Assembly: GCA_963805975.1 (NCBI GenBank)
Contig: CAWDVR010000004.1
Coordinates: forward strand, 96,001 to 160,000
DNA: 64,000 nt
Origin: an uncultured Acidobacteriota bacterium
Lineage (GTDB): Bacteria > Acidobacteriota > Thermoanaerobaculia > Multivoradales > SZUA-115
Direction of reading: 5' to 3'
Part shown: one piece after another, positions 58,469 to 64,000 of the stretch
Layout of the letters: each line of letters opens with the position of its first letter
How positions within the stretch are numbered: the stretch's first letter is position 1
Translations under genes and position numbers: made by a program
Notes under the pieces: generated by a model
The model's database searches: none
The model's input: the letters and a program-made list of their open reading frames with translations, nothing else
Told to the model about the DNA's origin: nothing

Positions 58469-59141
58469 CCCTGGTCTCCTTCTCAAAGAGCCAGCCACCC
58501 ACTGGGCTGGTTCGTCGGTCACCTTCCGGGTCGTGGACGATGCCTACGGACGCAATACTCGTCGCTGGCAGGAAAAGATGTTGATAGGCGAGACTACAAT
58601 AGTCGCGCTTTTCGTCGTCGTAGCTAGCTGGCTCGCTCAGGATGAGATCTCGATCCTCGGGCGGCACGGTTGTATCCGCGTGTACCAGGATTCCGGCGTA
58701 CGCACCTCCATCTAGGAGGCGAACTACTACCCAATGGCGAGGGACAAACTCACAGACAAACCTCTTCCAGCCATCAGAGTAGGGCGTGATCGGGGACCAC
58801 CGCAAAGCCAGTCGTATAACTAAGCCACTTCCAATCCCGGCCAACGTGCTTCCAACGGTTTGCCCGACTAAGAGAAGGGCGACAGCGAACACTGTATCCT
58901 CAGATACGACCTTCGAAGACACCGAAGTTGTAAGGGTCGAGAAGATGCCCAGATCACATACTCGGCAAACCACAGAAGCAAGCACCAAGCCAGCCAAACT
59001 GAAACCTACGCTTCGGAATACGCGGCTCCAGCTCTCCTCGCGCCAGTTGGAGCTAGCTATAAGCCGATAGAGTGTTTCCCCTGGCATTCCCGGTACGATG
59101 CCAACTGCGATGGCGAAGAGGGCCCAAAGGTTAAGTTCCAT
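58461..59141 (-). CDS. DUF6338-like membrane protein in a low-GC island
   Basis: 3 TM segments, then W..F..WVVVRLLDGGAYAG..DLIL.E..LFLP.TSI.SV soluble domain; AAGGA SD. Confidence 0.7.
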   Translation of the reverse strand: MELNLWALFAIAVGIVPGMPGETLYRLIASSNWREESWSRVFRSVGFSLAGLVLASVVCRVCDLGIFSTLTTSVSSKVVSEDTVFAVALLLVGQTVGSTLAGIGSGLVIRLALRWSPITPYSDGWKRFVCEFVPRHWVVVRLLDGGAYAGILVHADTTVPPEDRDLILSEPASYDDEKRDYCSLAYQHLFLPATSIASVGIVHDPEGDRRTSPVGGWLFEKETRDE

Positions 59142-59556
59142 TTCGAAGGAGTTCCTTAGTCACCACTCCCAACTGCCATCTCTCCAACTCAAGCCCAAGC
59201 TCTGGAGCAAAGTGGCTTCGGCGTGAGTTCTGCATCTTGGCCCCCCTGGCTTTCGCCCCATTCTATGCGAGCCTTTGTGGCGTCAACGCGACGACGCGCT
59301 GGCGTCAACACAGGTATAGGTGGTCCGCGCTTGATCGCAAGCGCATCAGGCAGTGAGACGGGATTCCCGAAACAGAAACCATCGGGTACGAATCGACAGA
59401 GAGATGAGCCGACTGCAATAGGGCAACGCCGGCTTGGCCGGACTCGAAGGGCATCCCACCTAAGCAGAGGTGCGGAGGCAACCTCAACGCTGAGCACGCC
59501 TCCGTGGAGCGCCCAAGAGCCCACCTGTTAGATTGTCTGGACGACGACCAGCGCCT

Positions 59557-60012
59557 TCACCGGTTCGGACGTACGCTTTGCAACCACTCATCGTAGGTCA
59601 GCCACATCTCCAAACCCTGTTGTTCGCGGTAGACGCGGGCGATGAACGGGCCTTGATGGCGCGCAAGGAACCGCCGGATCTTCGCCATCGAGGCGACGAA
59701 GTTCTCAGCCAGTTCTCGATGCGGCGTCTGGCCGATCACTACCAGCAGGCGAACTCCGGCGCTCATGATGGCAGTCTTTGCCAGCGGGCTGTAGCCGATC
59801 CGCTTGTCGTGGCTGAGGGCTACCCAGCCCCGGGCTCCGACGGCCGCCAACCAGTCCTCGTCCGCGGTCGTCTCGGCGTCGAAGTGATCGTCGTGCCGCT
59901 CCACGCGGACGCCGGAGGCGCGGAGGTGGCGGTAGAAATCCCCGTCGAGATCGCGGTCGGTGAAGAAGACCGGATCAGGCGGCGCGGAGGTAGTAGACGA
60001 TCGCCTCTTCAA
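59557..60012 (-). CDS. VapC45-like PIN domain toxin (start TTG 60012 or ATG 60072)
   Basis: FFTDRDL, DEDWL..VGARGWVALSHDKRI. Confidence 0.8.
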   Translation of the reverse strand: MKRRSSTTSAPPDPVFFTDRDLDGDFYRHLRASGVRVERHDDHFDAETTADEDWLAAVGARGWVALSHDKRIGYSPLAKTAIMSAGVRLLVVIGQTPHRELAENFVASMAKIRRFLARHQGPFIARVYREQQGLEMWLTYDEWLQSVRPNR

Positions 60013-60718
60013 CCTCGGAAGCCTCGAGGTCGTAGTTCTCGGCCAAGTGCTCGATCGTCTCGCCGGCTTCATAGCGCTCGACGAGAGTCAGGACGCGCAC
60101 TCCGCGTCTCGCGAGCACGGGTCGGCCGAAAGACACGCGCGGATCGATGACCACCAACCGGTCGGCGCTCCTGCCCTCGGGCAGGAAGGGGAAAAGCCGG
60201 ACCGGCAGCCCTCGAGAATCGCGGCCCACTCGTTCTAGGTGGGCGTTCAGAGCGTTTCGCAGCACGAGCTGACCTCCCGCCGAGAGGTTGGTGAGCCGCC
60301 CATACTCCTCGAGAAACATCGCCCCGACGCCGGCCCGCCTCCCAACCGCGGATTCGTGGCGCGTCGGCACCTTGAGCTTGTCGCTCAGGAGAAGACGCTC
60401 GATGCCGAACCGTGCTTGGGCCGTCTCGATCGCCGTGCGCACGGCGTGCATCGGAACCCCATGCTGGGTCCTGAGCGCACGCAACACGTGGGCCTCGATC
60501 AGGTTGTTGAAGGAAAGGAGGCCGCCCGCGGGATCCGCCACCTGAATCAGAGGCGGCGAAAAGCCGATCTCGACCCGGCGAGGAAAGGGCCGGCCCTTGA
60601 CCCAGGAGCGCAGCGTCGCCGGTGCCAGGAGCAAGTAACGCGCCGCCTCGGCGACCGAATAGGCACCCACTTGCCGGAAGTCCCGTTGCTCGTAGGGGCG
60701 ATGGACTCTGCTCTTCAG
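59975..60718 (-). CDS. VapB45-like antitoxin (HTH + DUF433); probable CTG start at 60718, GTG 60670 alternative
   Basis: YSVAEAARYL..ATLRSW, LSFNNLIEAHVL, IDPRVSFGRPV, AGETIEHLAENY. Confidence 0.85.
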   Translation of the reverse strand: MKSRVHRPYEQRDFRQVGAYSVAEAARYLLLAPATLRSWVKGRPFPRRVEIGFSPPLIQVADPAGGLLSFNNLIEAHVLRALRTQHGVPMHAVRTAIETAQARFGIERLLLSDKLKVPTRHESAVGRRAGVGAMFLEEYGRLTNLSAGGQLVLRNALNAHLERVGRDSRGLPVRLFPFLPEGRSADRLVVIDPRVSFGRPVLARRGVRVLTLVERYEAGETIEHLAENYDLEASEVEEAIVYYLRAA

Positions 60719-60796
60719 ATCTTCACCTCCGCTGCTGCGGGATGGTACCAGAGGGCGATCCGTTGGCCATCGAGAAAGCTCATCATCGCAGCCCTC

Positions 60797-61381
60797 TCAT
60801 CCCAGCTTCCCGCCCGCCGGCGCCAGGTACTCGGCCTTGAGCAGCGCGTAGAGCAGGTTGTCCACGCGGCGGCCGCGCAGGCGGAAGTAGCTCTTGAGCA
60901 GCCCTTCGCAGTGGAAGCCGACTTTTTCGAGCACGCGCTTGGAGGCGAGGTTGCCCACCGCGCAGCGCGCTTCGACGCGCTCGATGGTGGTGTGGCGGAA
61001 GACGTCGTCCAGGAGCAGGTAGAGCGCCTGGGTCATCAGCCCCCGGCCCTGGAAGGAGGAGCCGAGCGCGTAGCCCACCTCGCCCAGACCATGCTCCCAG
61101 TTGTTGATCACCAGCGTGACCCAGCCGGCGGGCTGGCCGTCGCCGAGGATGATCCACTGGAACTTCTCGCCCCGGCCCTGGTTGAGGTCGGAGATGCGCT
61201 GGGTCGAGAGGTCGGAGCGCAGTTGGTTGGCCGACAGGTCGTGCAGCGGTTGGAACCGCCGCACGCTCCACTCTCCGCGCCAGCGCCAGAGGAGATCCGC
61301 GTCGCGCGGCACGGCGGGCCGCAGCGTCACGGCAGGCCTCTGGGCCACGGCAGACGGGGGTCGTCGCTCGAGGGCGGACAT
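60797..61381 (-). CDS. GNAT N-acetyltransferase (RimJ/RimL type)
   Basis: EVGYAL..FQGRGLMT, NLASKRVLEKVGF.EG. Confidence 0.9.
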   Translation of the reverse strand: MSALERRPPSAVAQRPAVTLRPAVPRDADLLWRWRGEWSVRRFQPLHDLSANQLRSDLSTQRISDLNQGRGEKFQWIILGDGQPAGWVTLVINNWEHGLGEVGYALGSSFQGRGLMTQALYLLLDDVFRHTTIERVEARCAVGNLASKRVLEKVGFHCEGLLKSYFRLRGRRVDNLLYALLKAEYLAPAGGKLG

Positions 61382-61438
61382 GGTTCCAGGCGGATTCTAA
61401 GGGATGAGCGCGGGCCGCCGCGGTCACTACCTCCGGGC

Positions 61439-62947
61439 TCAGGCCTCCGAGGGGGCGGCGGAGCAGGAGGCGCTCCCTCCGGGCTCACGGCGGAGCGCCG
61501 GCACCAGGCTGAGCAGGAACATGTAGGCGTACCCCTGAAGGAAGAGATAGAGAAAGGGGAGCGAGAGCCACATGCCGCTCTGCGCGGCCCAGACGACAGA
61601 GACCGCGAAGTACAGCGCCAGCAGGCCCTCGAAGAGCACCGCGGGGCGGACCAGCGCCCGATACCGCTTGCCCAGCCACTGGCCGCCGCGCTCCGTGACC
61701 GCGTACTTGGGGGTGCGGTGGAAGACCCCGCCGCGCGTGGCCAGGCCCGCCAGCGCGGCCGAGGCATTGCTGACCGCGAGGCCGATCCCCAGCGCCATCA
61801 GCGCGGGCAGCACCGCGAGCTCGCGCCGCGACCCGCCGCCGGGGATCACCTGGCTCACGCCGTAGAAGGCGAGCACCGAGACGGTGGCCGCCAGGAACAG
61901 GGGCAGGTCGACGGCGAGCAGCACGACAGGCGAGCTGCCGCGGCGGAGCACCATCGCCGGCAGGACGAGGAGCGAGAGCAGGACCATCAGCGGGTAGCTC
62001 AGGTTGTTGGTGAGGTGGACGGCGGCCTCGAGCTTGGTGGGCCAGGGAATCGGGGCCCGGAGAATGCGGCCGAGGAGCTTTCTCCCGGTCTGCACCGAGC
62101 CCTTGGCCCAGCGCTGCTGCTGGCTCTTGAAGCCGTTGACCTCGACCGGCAGCTCGGCCGGTGCGTGGACCTCCGGCAGGTACAAAAAACGCCAGCCGGC
62201 GAGTTGCGCGCGGTAGGAGAGGTCCAGGTCTTCGGTCACGGTGTCGTGCTGCCAGCCGCCCGCCTGCTCGATCGCCTCCCGCCGCCACACGCCGGCCGTG
62301 CCGTTGAAGTTGAAGAAGCAGCCGCCGCCGTGGCGGGCGGCGTGCTCGATCAGGAAATGGCCGTCGAGGAGGATGGCCTGCACCCGAGTGAGCAGCGAGG
62401 AATGGCGGTTGAGGTGGCTCCAGCGCGCCTGCACCAACCCCAAGCCGGGATCGGCGGCGAGGTGCGGCACGGTGCGCCCGAGGAAGTCGGCCGCGGGCAG
62501 AAAGTCGGCGTCGAAAATGGCCACCAGCTCGCCCCGCGCCAGCTCGAGGCCGTGCGCGAGAGCCCCTGCCTTGAAGCCGTGGCGCGCGGCGCGCCGCAGG
62601 TGGTGGATGTCGATGCCCTCGCGCCGGAACCGGGCGACGCTCGCGGCCACCAGCTCGACGGTCTCGTCGGTCGAATCGTCGAGCACCTGGATCTCGAAGC
62701 GGTCGCGCGGATAGTCGAGCCGGCTGACGGCCTCGATCAGCCGCTGGGCGACGTACATCTCATTGTAAAGTGGCAACTGAACAGTGACGAACGGCGACAG
62801 GGAAGGTTCGGGCGGCGGAGCGGCTCGCCGGCCGCGGGTCCGCCAATAGACGGCGAGCAGCACCAGCCGGTGGACGCCGTAGAAAGCCAGCACGCCGAGG
62901 GTGAGGTAGTAGAGTGCCAGGAGCACCGTCGCCAGTGGGTTCGGCAT
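61439..62947 (-). CDS. GT2 cellulose-synthase-like glycosyltransferase
   Basis: QLPLYNE, LDDSTD, GFKAGAL, IFDADF, FNGTAGVWR, TEDLDLS, QQQRWAKG (QxxRW). Confidence 0.93.
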   Translation of the reverse strand: MPNPLATVLLALYYLTLGVLAFYGVHRLVLLAVYWRTRGRRAAPPPEPSLSPFVTVQLPLYNEMYVAQRLIEAVSRLDYPRDRFEIQVLDDSTDETVELVAASVARFRREGIDIHHLRRAARHGFKAGALAHGLELARGELVAIFDADFLPAADFLGRTVPHLAADPGLGLVQARWSHLNRHSSLLTRVQAILLDGHFLIEHAARHGGGCFFNFNGTAGVWRREAIEQAGGWQHDTVTEDLDLSYRAQLAGWRFLYLPEVHAPAELPVEVNGFKSQQQRWAKGSVQTGRKLLGRILRAPIPWPTKLEAAVHLTNNLSYPLMVLLSLLVLPAMVLRRGSSPVVLLAVDLPLFLAATVSVLAFYGVSQVIPGGGSRRELAVLPALMALGIGLAVSNASAALAGLATRGGVFHRTPKYAVTERGGQWLGKRYRALVRPAVLFEGLLALYFAVSVVWAAQSGMWLSLPFLYLFLQGYAYMFLLSLVPALRREPGGSASCSAAPSEA

Positions 62948-64000
62948 CGCCAACGTCCCCGATCTCCTCTCGCGTTCCTGGGCCCGCCTGGGCCGTCCTG
63001 CGCCTCGCTCTGCCCCTGGCTCTCCTCGAGGTCGGCTGGCTCCTGTGCTGGGACCTCGCGCGCCACCTCGAGGCGGCGCTCCTGCTGTTCGCCGCCGGGT
63101 TCGCCTTCCTGATCTACGCCGCGCGGCGCCTCGAGGGTGCCTCTGCCCGCGCCGGCGCCGTCATCCTGCTTGCCGCCGCCGGTCTACGCCTTCTCGTCCT
63201 GCCCTTGCCCCCCAGCCTCTCCGACGATGCGCTGCGCTACCTCTGGGATGGACGCGTCGTGGCGCACGGCCAGAACCCGTACCGGCTCGCGCCGGGAGAT
63301 CCCGAGCTGGCCGCGCTTCGCGATGGGTCGTGGCAGCAGGTGCCGCACCGTGAAGTGCCGACAGTGTATCCGCCTCTCGCTCTCGGCTTCTTCGCCTTGG
63401 CGTCTCTCTCGCCGGTGCCGCTCCTCACCTGGAAGGCGACGGTGGCCGCGGCCGACCTCGCGGGCTGCTGGGCCCTTCTCTTCTTGGCAGTACGCCGCGG
63501 AGTGCCGGCCGGGCGAGTGGTGTGGTACGCCTGGAACCCCCTGGTGGTGCTCGAGGGCGCGGGCATGGGCCACGTGGACGCCCTGGGCACGGCCGCGGCC
63601 GTGGCGGCCGTGGCGCTGCTCGCGACCGGGCGCCCCGCCCGCGCCGGCCTCGCCGCTGCGGCCGGCGCTCTCGCCAAGCTCGCTCCGCTCGCGGCCCTTC
63701 CGGCCTGGGCCGGAGCGTCGAGGCGGCCCTGGCATTTTCTCGCCGTCGCGCTCGGCGTGACGGCGGCGGCGGTGCTGCCGGTGCTGGCGGCGAGCGGTGG
63801 CATCCCCCCCGGCCTCAGAACCTACGGGCTCTCCTGGGAGTTCAACGGCCCGGTGTTCGAACCGCTCTGGCGCGGGCTCGACGCGGCGGGGGCGGCCCCG
63901 CGCCTCCACGGGCTCCTGGATGGCGCGAAGGGTTGGACGGCGCACCGCTGGGACGGCGCTCTGAACCACCTGTACCCCTACCTCTATCCACAGCTCCTGG
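62935..64000 (+). CDS. GT87/DUF2029-like membrane glycosyltransferase, partial (runs off the window; start uncertain)
   Basis: Manual translation: LSDDALRYLWDG..GQNPY, VPTVYPP, YAWNPLVVLE.AG.GH.D, SWEFNG. Confidence 0.8.
   Translation, partial: MGSASPTSPISSRVPGPAWAVLRLALPLALLEVGWLLCWDLARHLEAALLLFAAGFAFLIYAARRLEGASARAGAVILLAAAGLRLLVLPLPPSLSDDALRYLWDGRVVAHGQNPYRLAPGDPELAALRDGSWQQVPHREVPTVYPPLALGFFALASLSPVPLLTWKATVAAADLAGCWALLFLAVRRGVPAGRVVWYAWNPLVVLEGAGMGHVDALGTAAAVAAVALLATGRPARAGLAAAAGALAKLAPLAALPAWAGASRRPWHFLAVALGVTAAAVLPVLAASGGIPPGLRTYGLSWEFNGPVFEPLWRGLDAAGAAPRLHGLLDGAKGWTAHRWDGALNHLYPYLYPQLL

Noticed and set aside
59142-59556. Integron attC site (ATCTAAC on the minus strand after the PIN gene)
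   Set aside because: No matching GTTRRRY with a complementary stem at a suitable distance, no repeated sites and no integrase

Overview
High-GC (roughly 70% by eye) bacterial chromosomal segment. Gene content (GWxTD protein, multiheme cytochrome-TPR, C-terminal IFxDGFExGD tail, YfhO-like proteins) suggests Acidobacteriota, probably Thermoanaerobaculia (inference). It is mostly housekeeping and envelope genes: the edge of an sbnA-type cluster, a TonB-dependent receptor, wzm/wzt, lemA-TPM-TPM, hutI, yggS, rnhA, rpsU-mutS2-dnaG-rpoD, pckA, pcrA/uvrD, two tRNAs, two toxin-antitoxin pairs and REP-like palindromes. Several isolated single-base frameshifts look like long-read errors. No CRISPR array, integrase, transposase or reverse transcriptase was seen. 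Best leads: (1) a membrane-protein leader ORF ending in an RxPP arrest-like motif upstream of the TonB receptor, with an SD-occluding hairpin; (2) a tandem pair of almost identical secreted, S-layer-like genes with a structure-conserved 5' leader and different C-termini; (3) a penicillin acylase-DUF1028 double Ntn-hydrolase fusion; (4) a stand-alone sigma region-2-like protein; (5) a duplicated pcrA 3' end marking an integration hotspot followed by a low-GC membrane protein/Pro-rich peptide pair and a VapBC45-like module; (6) repeated leaderless promoter architecture. All family calls come from motif recognition by eye, not database searches.
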